DNA of 64,000 nucleotides from a virus. The position numbers and the translations under genes are program-made. The notes below the pieces were generated by a model, which saw nothing but the letters and a program-made list of their open reading frames with translations, did not search any database and was not told the DNA's origin. The DNA lies in IMG/VR virus record IMGVR_UViG_3300009068_000024, positions 64,001-128,000 of that record. One strand, written 5' to 3'. Shown piece by piece: positions 21,201 to 26,589 of this stretch (its first letter is position 1; each line of letters opens with the position of its first letter).

Positions 21201-21201
21201 A
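3265..21201 (+). CDS. Giant polyvalent protein (5978 aa), candidate internal-head/ejected effector polyprotein
   Basis: DEDDh exonuclease (DFETTG at 4207, QNVPFD, HSADGD); HExxH at 5866, 19108 and 20671; two ART domains (YRG, SSWS, ExE); three GNAT domains (RRGLA); ParB-like EGNHR at 16594. Lies just upstream of the head protease and capsid genes. Confidence 0.9.
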   Translation: MDFEYLKPIVADGSGDGDGEYTSAERRADVATQFRDKYGRWVEMGRGIKGKIRLGKRRGSDAGRTARIVGKFINATPDGKYARVLVDPSDPYFAGKVAYIRYDNAEEVLATLDPEYLKKRGIELGKNTEGYEVGDGGIQDEDTLRIEDPTPQDLKDAEADLPDPGDYREEAAKRTATALTGKDLAVGNIVYDQGADQYGKITQVRTLADGTKQIFIQFQNGRRAIMNIAADHPIQAWLGEEEAKPTPEVTPSQSREGSSIADLGIDLQPATMDANGARLPTPGAFTGVLQRILGGAKNWADVAKRLLNQTITYFDFETTGISNYDGDGIKNSPIQLGAVKVKNGKIIGRFNVYINPGSKLSEWSADNLKRDVIDENGNVVLDENGKPVTIPVTAEWLSEQMSPEEALRQFLEFIGPNAILGGQNVPFDLEILQRMADDAGIELKIAGTVDSKDLASLLPTYDPEKGIDGPKQIADKETGRMRPSSSLGPVANFLGFEPANWHSADGDAEDSYNLVREIIARAARENNPDMRLLDFPEMQRLYKERMAAFKNSISSNNPVTEAQLNALNELANSDNQEIATEARKAINEATTRGKAAEVLARLNNAKDRPNNNPSQFRIGGGGDVGDGNGIPNKKELAILERLKYFLKKKFTKKPKQYIPVGYDRIDNWGMYPQWYKDVYESAGNLDDFVKLFWKALRESYKGTRLEDPEGRTDINETEYAVAAAIYKNLQGIGEKVILRYGEFTIEFDKQSDINGQLLDELKPYLDTARKLGLKLPVRIKIAKQGDPAFTEGEVIGFDKNNPDIGVLTGEAHTEPDGTMHMILWDQLHNMEKLDERRLFKGLNEQGQEEYYGQNPGGFIPALQYVFFHELGHLWNREKHGRQVNSPVWGELKKMFWGTDAKPFKRFDVTPNSGKDFDERMAELFMAAVVAFHNKEGGVLPNIGQFWKVAIEPYIHGEPINWTANSTRINPPKKEEKGKGKKTTTEETRTPRGGKARTPDVKKPEDVKPGDILYDKDGNLHGKVIRISKDRNGNWHYWVEGKDYKPGDVFPTGLDEYVIHKNGVAYLTKAGANFVPDEGPDFVYPLPEKLDSSNADGVKAEDLKPGMVYDSPDGPANVVNVIEHGIGVPDVKKSSDRVVVYVGKDGEVKHEVVPVGTFKKVLTSSKSNVPAPAPAPAPAPAPENENQGGEGNGNGSDRGGEGSGGGGGGRGGNAPEPVSEEPEVKPEAAPETESKPESEVTREDPVGKGKIDPKGYAEKGYVPMVHPKPEFPAETDEKKLIEKGFEIEEQDNRGEPSQNREEEEEGEEGALPTEDTSDFGAGKKVVILWHNKDFSAPGARIKITFTRKADGSLDKRFTQIQWKNWDGTISGDEYGPSEVLNIGDSESEIFRMEFKHTVGILARRNEEYNDGELPGTVPHFFRKVGDDYIWRAVKDPKTGKWKAARDQKIDLVKKPPFGAIISNKDGKWTATILDPKGNTVATFEVDGDENDKSALENLINQSYVELAKRYRNINAPATAPAPAARPAGKATDEHSFPLPDDVKMWKIRDGRMTEYLMGYEEGVDEFGKHYIKIPKDSRFAAILQYIESLGHWYVGLADVNSSLDRERGIKEALSISDSSKVVKGDIDDPKVWEEALKEARKLISDAIANRDGKNVRYGYEHRSIESLDDIRVNDYIIFRTSYPPSINYADTDRPEEYISGIIGKVLSIGKDKEGNRTFKIQGKDGKIKNLTDKKLDYVGGAVRFSDDDPNINVSTTEIVKKRLAKREMRELRFSIEMDIDKDPNKSEDSLEKIYKAVEDKIGPDLSEDHIFVQGLQKALSKKMYDKSNTKAYLTEEEIYEIVDNFIKEYSTEKKSKATPVQPVEEKEAIPTTSPAGLVGEHNHPLPEDVQMFPAGVGEPYAKYVINGEGFQHESDYPDVRVKDGLRYGVEIYYEEAIEPNSYNKKGRVAGWRISLLNNKWREDMSRRRLIDYRNAEVPGDINDPEVWKKAVEEARKMLANAIAENGGNNNPYTSEYIPLKSLDQIQAGDYLMYGGHFPPTTRWRGTKSEETSPNFYAQVVSVKTDENGNRVFEIKEPNRAQGGYYDNVFVNDEEFLDKFGGITGLARYSDENSNVKPAAEPVAEAQVEEEPKELTEEERQANRDAWTEAGKLYREYKAASRAKNKKREAKRLRQELEQFPVVVLHEKLRELRDILDNTRNSSTDENERKAASKRAAEVTDAMKQLNVLTNEGMKEGSVKPTDPLKFNFDDLFKEVEAQDGISESDVEEAAEEPEVVEEPAAEPTEEPKKNVIETAGGVLDFDALSPMQLGKIKAHLDKKVRWNGEVMTYHELYSRFAIGRHKSQNLKDVDYVKGESVKSWGPIKYFLFVDENGGMIDVPKMVYDAFKPNSDDPKLDSDATAPVQEAEMAERQRKWDEQAKAKAEAEAAKPAEEKPEEPVEAKPEEPAAAPATPVETPKDLGPVQITKDTAKQYLAEKVDVGWTIYGPDGYALGVVVKKDTLGRVVQLTVRGPNGKETTYNFNMLTKLNAFSPKDKKDIEKANKAKPAQPKPEPKPEVVEEPTSEEAPDKISREDGYRLFNAVKEVYDFIHRMKRTDDPDAAKKDANDKVNQLAKILNPEDVDDFIRYVNAINKEPALIMSSIDYQKNFSDYLDKYASGQGVANNPIYRSADGKEIKEGDFLMVVGADGALKKIQLRIFRRPNPRALSDKTDFIETGYYLEFYRDKDPRIVRIGDPKESYSLDKVFHSQNEAEIRNFILNGRKSESTPATAAPIEFIPSSKIRGLQAGDLFYIYEAGNGYAKQYIVGSNGESVYEAVNGELPGGAEENVIRPDDLDSIAERVATGSGEEVYRGLIPTDENGNPLSARQHKARLESAATSAPEIKPETKPEPEASKSYNKDLENDLAVFKNVLENAIENFRNQPGADKNIYKAAAKELYNELKKLNSLYEDSTTSGDDLEQIRNVYDDKIRDLGDVQSAKEKSNPSQNREGDQRNITQDTDQVSIAAIADALANGDINNVNSNEDPSDIFASKTNFGVSMLLKQVTAMRLLNYMPDAKFDDLLKASIEVDTHPLFRQGGGLAIYYMDFNSGQASYSPLPGQRNPVWIYNALNADMSDIKEGTELLVTDANGSDSLSNVSIITVNKELLNSVLKTMGDTNSNSIVRFINDELFLRVHSSSSQEDVDDIKKIMISHLIHSWAISSNDRSLKSHALQSLAREIFAMDSNSTAGWNFTSNLADSDLDMYRDRGYIPYEVKDLVDFNNYLKGFIDQEINDHRTVYAQFLHAMYNATQDLLKDQGIDGFVLYRGTTSKELTETSQSLGSTGIFRSNVKQRPMSSWSTDIYQAGSFASRASGKDTIVMATVIPADKIISFSGSGFGSYDEREVVVLGGEIREAFAISHGYPGVVDQSLQNLKTEVVDQLANSRKVLDTDRASGQQVVQEQSKPSQNRENTINIDDNDGNSDWIKTVGWDLPINVDNFLKMFNDREHLSNFMSKPTAEGMPEEMLRNLWPAADKYFDKIESAPKEEEPKYLPEPFDPRNPQIDLDEYYNYDYTRMPDGTPFNSEDQQQMDAVERKLKNILKGSDGYVNPSALKNTKNFRRTIYQQIIAKPNENSSTTRESILKQIEFSDKPAVEYYDETSGVNYIRYVDTFTDKYGRKYYLSTNIDKSSGRQTVIAYDAQNYENMALPEDYVRNDQPVSGISDVGVLRSSVYEDPSKSEIQSALVSYNYQRRGLATAMVAALEKRIGMPVVHSEHLSTMGFAFSNSIDPGKPELHNNEKSIKLQEDNAPSQNREGFFKRNKAKKEPFDPTDPTVDLEKYYNYDYTKLPDGTPFSVYQQQQMDILKDAIDNETDNFERKLRIDERRRIYQGYTAKPNLKSGTNLESIENQVGLLDENTSRMSYSGAGKPYADLSPEYKQSTQYIDEFTDKYGRQYWVVTKVVNGLGMSNVKIYDKSKNSVQDLQDNSEDRTPVSMLDVFNNKISMVYTSDRYLRRGLATAALYLARKRSGKEVQHSEMLTNFGRAFSLSVDPNPDLHRNSESKDALSNNQPSQNREREYLPEPFDPSDRKIDMDIIYNYDYTKLPDGTPFNDKQQKAMDHENKILEEAIASGDESKIRAAKISRRHTYNTFITVANPDSKTNTETIADQITLGKSKPKKFTGFVRYTDNFTDKYGRKYVMFTDIRTDDKGDNSAIVTVHDMKSMFLEKIFVPEGMENVDQFGGKSLHSAALKVVDDNRKDPDAAAYIGMVLTDDAYRRRGLATAMLYLARKHYSKPVNHSSTLTMYGKAFSNSVDAGKPDVHDSLESKQLQIDLLKEKGLPVEESELDGDEIDYGPSQNREGTSEPSILNEYREVIPLNNSYRDKNDPNLDITEWTGEGVKIYGIGNGGNPLGYVKTEKLATMKGNLADMESSTSSIARDLEDGTGYLEPVLVWYNPLTGKAFIAEGNHRVEAARIAGREYVPVVVGVSTVKFKNPTKMERAGGVGDAFLNKDGSLDNFENVKDGSLINPYHLFNDEDLLYPKTNLDSSNVSGLTDVLKIQSDLLDELMAEKKEPGPNDIVYWHDPDSFNANSSIGHMGHASEKLKSITAKNISENMLSSAKDMLDAVHYAITLSEAVRNRIGSITSDTSEIAKKAMQTRVDSLNRDSIVLIIDDSYDSPYEGLRLETLGEILDNVDPHEEGAYGDKYDDQSIDYKALLNDYYDDWDRKTLFFDNPKDMEALKEKVASILVSQWAETSNGNDMVSHALQMAATEVFKMPNGSWAEWRFPKGQYGDQIKENAEYHYGIYGTVLKDFLKTMYDLTQDRFKNYGIKYLTLYRGTGVDEEALKMNIDVERYGVGDIEVLQRPMSSWSWLNGSAFQFATSRIKHRAGMFMGAIIPVDQVLSIPGTGFGCFEEAEVVLLAGKNRLVRAVISDDSHKVLDQKTFIAENVDKILSYLSDELPKDKNAFYNLIEFNSSSFNDSKPSQNRENKSVDIDSSTENSDWIKPFRWDLTTNVKSFLNKFKTKKDVKDFMELPAAEAIPEDLKKELDAKESSLPEDSSESGEKDTPISLQELHRTFITSILMGAGDQRTRPIPGIGPEWLPASVNEDKLTNLERLSIHMWYMDVMTNGGASNATLTSKAADYLTKYVIPLIDRHKEEFMLLPNHDIYINKDNNAAIKVLRFITNPTKKNGKTNVNTDYRAASAAGVAKFANKLSKVLAKTRFKFPVKELQVIITHPNIEDFFKRIDNGDGTHRQRLAGIAFPNLFIHGQILNEDDKAPSRKLTENPRPDATDLEATIAHEIGHILHQKGIINTADPATKDTIRRFMNEYPLTDYANTDEDEYLAEAYAGMMLSEDGIGRYKEVADWINNQIDTVDERKEKAAIDLLKTMLDKLGIPGSSKPSQNREGSREQIIASAAKDIASSGIGFVPGKVKNDISIATDGPVINIEGSPKKDAVAPSDQATAIKNEIIDLGHMILDDARAISDEQARSEGLIPEGFTAEEYRKKLKNDARTAELNILIAESKFKAMSQDLMRNAFNRLSYEDKEEVFQSFKKENSKNSILSGKDKNTFDAEETFNMLLVEYGDDLSHKLAYDYSTRYPEFTFDTGKTVLQRTRNRSGKLTKEVEERKTLVDVTWAHEGPDTILSMLTKWAIQTGKIDMSDFAQKAAEIKELRDQLRTSPKAEDFVEKYHSIIGKNIKSQMEKAGVEFDSVPAHEFFNQYKDYKYVNSNEKFQDIRIDRNKNLIKNLEETLSFIPKDIILAGMEYLANTGGKLGVQISDARAQFKQHWKNKNLINSLRWKKEQGDGGFFRGRSTDDYLHEVWHFFQMINHDIAALEHAFSYDRIKASDNTNIIPSMELYGNWVEESFSGAKVADPYTVKVYPRSTSKFTTFSPNNHSAEVITTTMQDLFTSPGSFSTPKGVTVKTGKGKNTTLFSDAHMDIATGIWYTDATMTTKIDPKLITGIEGLDPSNDTDWDLKAFGIGLLMSLLNWENK
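6769..6807 (+). repeat. (CCTGCW)n hexamer repeat encoding a Pro-Ala linker
   Basis: cctgcacctgcacctgctcctgcacctgctcctgcacct encodes PAPAPAPAPAPAP, followed by a Gly-rich stretch. Confidence 0.9.
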
Positions 21202-21203
21202 TC

Positions 21204-21575
21204 GTGGATGAAGAACTAGAATACCCGTATGATGAATGGTCTGAAATTTGGAACTTCATTATAGAAGGAGTAGAGATAACCTGGACTCCTCGTCCCCCAT
21301 ACCTTATAGGGAATGGATCAGATGATGGCGATCACATAATTTTTCAGATAGAGCAATTTATAGATTCCATAAGATCCAAATCAGACGGCACTTTTCTTAT
21401 CCCACCGTCTGGTCCAGAGTTGCTTAAAAGCATAAGTTCAGCCTATACGGTTCTTTTTGCTATAGCTTCTATATATGGACTAGATCCAGAGATAGTATCT
21501 TTTTCCGATAATGCTCCAAAGTGGTCAGACCTAGACCCAAAAGATGACGATGAAGAAGACTATTCAGTCAACTAA
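21204..21575 (+). CDS. Acidic hypothetical protein (123 aa), coupled to the giant gene
   Basis: Starts 2 nt after the giant gene's TAA; strongly D/E-rich. Confidence 0.7.
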   Translation: MDEELEYPYDEWSEIWNFIIEGVEITWTPRPPYLIGNGSDDGDHIIFQIEQFIDSIRSKSDGTFLIPPSGPELLKSISSAYTVLFAIASIYGLDPEIVSFSDNAPKWSDLDPKDDDEEDYSVN

Positions 21576-21623
21576 TAGATTGTAAATAGACTATATAATA
21601 ATAGTTAGAATAGAAGGTATTTA

Positions 21624-21818
21624 ATGAGCATTGATAATATTGTGCAAATAGTAACGGACACATTTGATCCTGAGCAGAAGCCAGAAACTATCTATATCAA
21701 TTTAAAAACTGCAACTTTGGAAGAGCTTAAACCATACATTGGTTTAAACGACAAAATCCGAGATGCTTACGGTAGAAAATTCATTGAAGAAATGAACCGT
21801 AAAAAAGACACTAAATAA
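21624..21818 (+). CDS. Small hypothetical protein (64 aa)
   Basis: GAAGG RBS before the ATG; fills the gap before the protease gene. Confidence 0.6.
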   Translation: MSIDNIVQIVTDTFDPEQKPETIYINLKTATLEELKPYIGLNDKIRDAYGRKFIEEMNRKKDTK

Positions 21819-21824
21819 TAGTAC

Positions 21825-21836
21825 TGATAGAATAGA
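21825..21836 (+). promoter_or_regulatory. Putative extended -10 promoter (TGA-TAGAAT-AGA) upstream of the head protease gene
   Basis: TGATAGAATAGA in the intergenic gap; GGAGG RBS precedes the ATG at 21902. Confidence 0.4.
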
Positions 21837-21901
21837 ACTGCGTACAAGCGTTATATTTGCCTACGCTGACGTTACCATCCATTATGGAGGATTTTACTTA
21901 G

Positions 21902-24900
21902 ATGTTTGAATCGGAAAACGCCCCCACATTTTCTGGTAGGGATGGGTCATTGGCTCTATTTACCTACGAAAACCGCGGTGTTGTAATTGATACAGATGTC
22001 AATCTTGTAGTTCAGATTGGACTCTCTGAAGCCCTTTCCTCCTCTAAAGACTGGGAACTTTCTGAAGAAGAGTTCTCTTCTAACGTTCTAGAATTAGTGT
22101 CCGGAGCTCTATCAGATCTTGACATGAAGATCCTTGCCTCAGCTAATAGACTTTACACTATCCCAAAGGGTGCCCAGGCAGAGGCCAAAAAAGCACTTGA
22201 GTGGCATAAAGAACACCACCGTGGCGGTACACCTGTTGGCATGAACACTGCTCGTATCCTTGCTAAGGGTGGACAGATCGGACTGCAAAAGGTTCGCCAC
22301 ATTGCTAAATACTTCCCTCGTCACGAAGTTGACAAAAAGGGTAAGGGTTGGAAGCCTGGAGAAGACGGCTTCCCAAGCAACGGACGAATCGCGTGGGCCT
22401 TGTGGGGTGGAGACACCGCATGGCGTTGGGCTCAAGCTATCGTTGAACGTGAGAATAAAGCTCTGACTGCTGACGCATATGCCGAATCCGAGTTGACTTC
22501 TTATCTTCCAGAACGTAATTATGATTCCGATCTAGAAGACTTCACTAAGTCTATGTATTTAGATCCTCTCTCAGCTCCAGACTTTATTGCCAGAGTAAGA
22601 ATGGATGGCTCTGGTATTGATCGCCTATATAAAGTAGTACAAACTGGCGACGTCTACGTTTGGGATGACGGTCAGTGGGACAACATTGGTAATATGAATG
22701 GGACTATTTGGGATTATGACCGTGAGCTTGATGCTGACTATGACAATGTAGATAAGACTCACATATCTATCGATCCAGACTCTGCAATTATTATATCAGC
22801 TAGACTTCAACAAAACCCATACAAATGCGTATCAATTTCTGACATTGATTTTGATGAAGCTATGCTTGCAGCAGAGGCCTACCGGGAATTAGACCTGGTT
22901 GCTATAGATAGATCTCTTATTGCTGCTGGAGAAGATCCAATTGGATCTGACGGATATACTCCAGAAGAACGCGCTCAGAATGCACAACGCCAGTCTAGAG
23001 ACTACGGAGGCAAGTTCGCTCCTCAGGGTGGTAGCGCTCCAAGTGGTGCAACCGAGGAACAAAAAGCTATTGCCGAAAGAACTAAGTATAAAACTCCACC
23101 TCTAGGAGATTATTCTCATCCTCTAGACACATCAGGTATTCTTGGACGTCCGCGCTCACCGATTGATAAGCCTCAGGCTCACATCAAGGGTGATCTTCCT
23201 GCAATGACTTCTAACGATCTACACAACCTTCTTTACGATTGGGCCGGTTGGGTAGACTCTCAGCGTGCTGCAGCCGGAGAAGGTCCTGCTCACGGTATCC
23301 AGAGTTCAGCGGCTAATGAATCTGAAGTACAAGAAAGTAGCGATGTTTTAGCGTACGACCACCCGCTTCTACAAAAATGGATTAAGTCTGTAAACGAACC
23401 TAAAAAGACTCAGTCAGAAAATGAAGATGATTCTTGGGCCAAGCCTGTAGTTGCTGCTACTGAAGCTGCACCTAAGGAAAAAGGCGTAGAGATGACTCCA
23501 AAGACATCTGACGTCAAGCCTATCTACCTCGCTGTAGTTGCTCAGGATGATCCTCGTGCAGTTTTAAACCTAGTAGCTATTGTTCCAGAAAGTTCTACAT
23601 CACCTAAGCCTATGACTTACGTTCGCAAAGAAGGTAAGTGGGTCCGCGATCCTAGCGTTTTAAATGATTTTAAGTCGGCTACTCCACCGCCAGTAGTTCC
23701 TCTAGATAAAGCAACTTTAAATGACGTTCTTCTTCAAGTTGATGAATCTTCTAAGCCTGTTACTGCTTCAGTTCTTATGGATATTGATCATTTGCTAACT
23801 GTTTTGTGGGGGCCTGATCCTCTAATTTCTGCCGGTGGGCTTGATCGTAACAAGGGTAAGGCAGAAGAACTTCGTCACTATTGGACAGTCGGTAAGGGCG
23901 GTCTAAAGATTAGATGGGGTACTGGAGGAGATTGGACTCGTTGTGTACGTCACCTAGGTAAGTACCTTGGGCCACGTGCCAAGGGTTACTGTGCCCTACG
24001 TCACAAAGAAGTTACTGGCATGTGGACCGGTGACAAAAAGCACCGTCAGATCTATGGCCACAAGCGTGGTGGAAGAAATGTCTTTAGCACAGAGTTAATC
24101 GAATCCACAGACAATATTATTGTTAAATCTGAAGTACTAGCTAGAGCAGCTGATGCAAAACTTAGAGTTGGGCTTACAGCTGCTTCCGGACTTGTTACCG
24201 AAGGTTTTAAGTTTAAAATTCCTTTAGTTATTCCTGAAGAAATGGAATCTGGAGATGGACGTTCGTTTATTCGTGGTGCTTTATCTATTCGTGAACTTCC
24301 ACTGCCGCTGCTGTGGCAGATGAAAACTGCAGAAGGTCATATGGGATCTGTAGTCGTTGGACGTATTGACCACATGGAACGCACTTCTCAGGGTATTGGA
24401 AATGCTTATGGAGTATTTGATACTAGCCCGTATGGTAAAGAAGCGCAAAGACTTATTCAACATGGATTTATAAAAGGTGTGTCAGCTGATTTAGATCAGT
24501 TTGAGGCAAAAGAGATCAAGCCAGAAGCTTCTGGAGATAGCGAAGATCCAGGAAAGAGCAAACTTTCTATAAATAAAGCACGCGTAATGGCTGTTACAAT
24601 TGTACCTAAGCCAGCATTTCAAGAATGCAAAATATTAATTGAAAACCCAACAAACATCCAACAGGAGGATACTATGATTGCCGATGGCATCTACCAAGAT
24701 GACTCGGACGCAGCCAATGTTCAAGCACTAATTGCTTGTGGCATTATTGCCGGTGCGATCCCAGTCGTTCCGCCTACTGAATGGTTTGACAACCCGAATC
24801 TAACTAAGGCTACTCCTATTACTGTTGATGACAATGGTAGAGTGTTTGGTCATATTGCGGCTTGGAATGTAGACCACATCGGTTTGGCATTTGGAACAAA

Positions 24901-26446
24901 ACCACCACGTAGTAAGAGTGGATACGCTTACTTCCACACTGGAGTAGTTAGAACCGAAAACGGTAAAGACGTTCCAGTAGGTCAGCTAACTCTTGCTGGT
25001 GGACATGCTTCATTGGAAGCTAGTGCTGCCGAAGCAGTTAAGCACTATGACGATACTGCATCTGCCATCGCAGACGTTCACGCAGGTGAAGATTCCTATG
25101 GCATCTGGGTAGCTGGAGCTTTACGCCCGAGCGCTCAGCCGGAGCAGATTCGTGCACTTCGTGCTTCAGCTCCTTCTGGTGACTGGAGACCTATCCGTGG
25201 TGGACTAGAACTTGTTGCTGTATGTCAGGTAAACGTTCCAGGATTCCCTATTGCTCGTGCTCGTGTTGCTTCAGGTGCTGTTATGGCTCTAGTAGCTGCT
25301 GGTGCTCTACCTCTAGCTAGAATGAAAGCAGACCCAACTGCAGAGCTCAATGCTCACATTGAAAGACTTCAAAACCTAAACTTTATCGAGTCTGGTAAGT
25401 CTACAAAGGCTTCCACTGATGAGTATGCAGCAAAGATTGCAGAACTTTCAGCTAGAGTTCGTGATGGTGAGCTAACCTATATTCCTCGTGATGAACGTCA
25501 AAAATTAGCTAAAGAAGGTAAAGCTCTTCCAGACGGATCATTCCCTATTCAAAACGTAGAAGATCTTCGTGCTGCTATTCATGCTTATGGACGTGCAAAA
25601 GAAAGTCACAAGTCAAATGTTCGTAAGCACATCATTAAGATGGCCGGTAAGTTGAACGTTCGTCACCTCGTCCCAGAGGAATGGAAGGCTCATTCCGAAG
25701 ATGCAGTAACTGCAAGTGCAGAAGATCTTCGTTCTAGAATTACTGTTAAGGCTCTACTAGCTAGTGCAGACGAAGCTAAGGCTCGTGTACTTTCTATTAA
25801 GGATAGCCTGGGAAAAGCATTAGCGGCTGATGGATCCGTTCCGGAGGAAGCTCCGGCTCCAGTAAGTGAGGATAACGTTCCTGTACCGACAGATGGTGCA
25901 AAAGAAGTTATAGGAAACCCTGAAGAAGAGGGCTTCAAATTTACTCCTGGAATCAATCAGCCGCGTGACTACACCGGACGTTTTCAAGACGTTTTAGCTC
26001 GACTAAAGCAGGATCTTGGGACATCAGGCCTACAAGATGTAGTCGATGAAGTAAATAACGTTGAGAAGGTATATAAGACTGGTAGCTATGCTGATGCAGC
26101 TAAAGCTGGTCAGTCATTGATAGAGCTACTTGATAGAATCGACAGCAAATCTTTGACCGGACCTTCTCTAGAGAATGTTCGTGCAGCATCTAAAGAACTG
26201 GGAAAGGTTATTGGAAACCTACCTCTACCTTTCGGAGATGAGAATGCAAAACTTAGGTTTAGCGATCTACCGCCTGCCTTGAAAAACCTTATGACAAATA
26301 TGGTTGACAGGGTAGGTAAAAGACTAGGTGAGAAAGATGGCAGCCAGGCCACCTCCGATATTGCAGAATTTATGCGTGGTGGAGACCTATTTAGTCAAGC
26401 AGATATATCGTCTGCCATGACTAAAATGCTTAGACTTCTAACTTAA
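21902..26446 (+). CDS. Multidomain capsid maturation (prohead) protease fusion protein (1514 aa)
   Basis: Protease-like segment ESGDGR...LPLPLLWQ...GH...VVVGRID...GVSADLD. Actinophage head module VFGHIAAW...GIWVAGA...SGDWR...VNVPGFP. Further head-associated modules (IAWALWGGD; RWGTGGDWTRC; LPDGSFPI). Immediately precedes the capsid gene. Confidence 0.75.
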   Translation: MFESENAPTFSGRDGSLALFTYENRGVVIDTDVNLVVQIGLSEALSSSKDWELSEEEFSSNVLELVSGALSDLDMKILASANRLYTIPKGAQAEAKKALEWHKEHHRGGTPVGMNTARILAKGGQIGLQKVRHIAKYFPRHEVDKKGKGWKPGEDGFPSNGRIAWALWGGDTAWRWAQAIVERENKALTADAYAESELTSYLPERNYDSDLEDFTKSMYLDPLSAPDFIARVRMDGSGIDRLYKVVQTGDVYVWDDGQWDNIGNMNGTIWDYDRELDADYDNVDKTHISIDPDSAIIISARLQQNPYKCVSISDIDFDEAMLAAEAYRELDLVAIDRSLIAAGEDPIGSDGYTPEERAQNAQRQSRDYGGKFAPQGGSAPSGATEEQKAIAERTKYKTPPLGDYSHPLDTSGILGRPRSPIDKPQAHIKGDLPAMTSNDLHNLLYDWAGWVDSQRAAAGEGPAHGIQSSAANESEVQESSDVLAYDHPLLQKWIKSVNEPKKTQSENEDDSWAKPVVAATEAAPKEKGVEMTPKTSDVKPIYLAVVAQDDPRAVLNLVAIVPESSTSPKPMTYVRKEGKWVRDPSVLNDFKSATPPPVVPLDKATLNDVLLQVDESSKPVTASVLMDIDHLLTVLWGPDPLISAGGLDRNKGKAEELRHYWTVGKGGLKIRWGTGGDWTRCVRHLGKYLGPRAKGYCALRHKEVTGMWTGDKKHRQIYGHKRGGRNVFSTELIESTDNIIVKSEVLARAADAKLRVGLTAASGLVTEGFKFKIPLVIPEEMESGDGRSFIRGALSIRELPLPLLWQMKTAEGHMGSVVVGRIDHMERTSQGIGNAYGVFDTSPYGKEAQRLIQHGFIKGVSADLDQFEAKEIKPEASGDSEDPGKSKLSINKARVMAVTIVPKPAFQECKILIENPTNIQQEDTMIADGIYQDDSDAANVQALIACGIIAGAIPVVPPTEWFDNPNLTKATPITVDDNGRVFGHIAAWNVDHIGLAFGTKPPRSKSGYAYFHTGVVRTENGKDVPVGQLTLAGGHASLEASAAEAVKHYDDTASAIADVHAGEDSYGIWVAGALRPSAQPEQIRALRASAPSGDWRPIRGGLELVAVCQVNVPGFPIARARVASGAVMALVAAGALPLARMKADPTAELNAHIERLQNLNFIESGKSTKASTDEYAAKIAELSARVRDGELTYIPRDERQKLAKEGKALPDGSFPIQNVEDLRAAIHAYGRAKESHKSNVRKHIIKMAGKLNVRHLVPEEWKAHSEDAVTASAEDLRSRITVKALLASADEAKARVLSIKDSLGKALAADGSVPEEAPAPVSEDNVPVPTDGAKEVIGNPEEEGFKFTPGINQPRDYTGRFQDVLARLKQDLGTSGLQDVVDEVNNVEKVYKTGSYADAAKAGQSLIELLDRIDSKSLTGPSLENVRAASKELGKVIGNLPLPFGDENAKLRFSDLPPALKNLMTNMVDRVGKRLGEKDGSQATSDIAEFMRGGDLFSQADISSAMTKMLRLLT

Positions 26447-26589
26447 ATAATAAACAAATAAAAACTAATGTAAAATAATAACTAGGTGGAGTGCCTTCAC
26501 GTTTCTATGCGTGATAGTCCCTTTACCTTGAACCGATTAGCATGATGCTCAAAATATGACATCATCAACTGTCCTATTAAGGAGGAACA

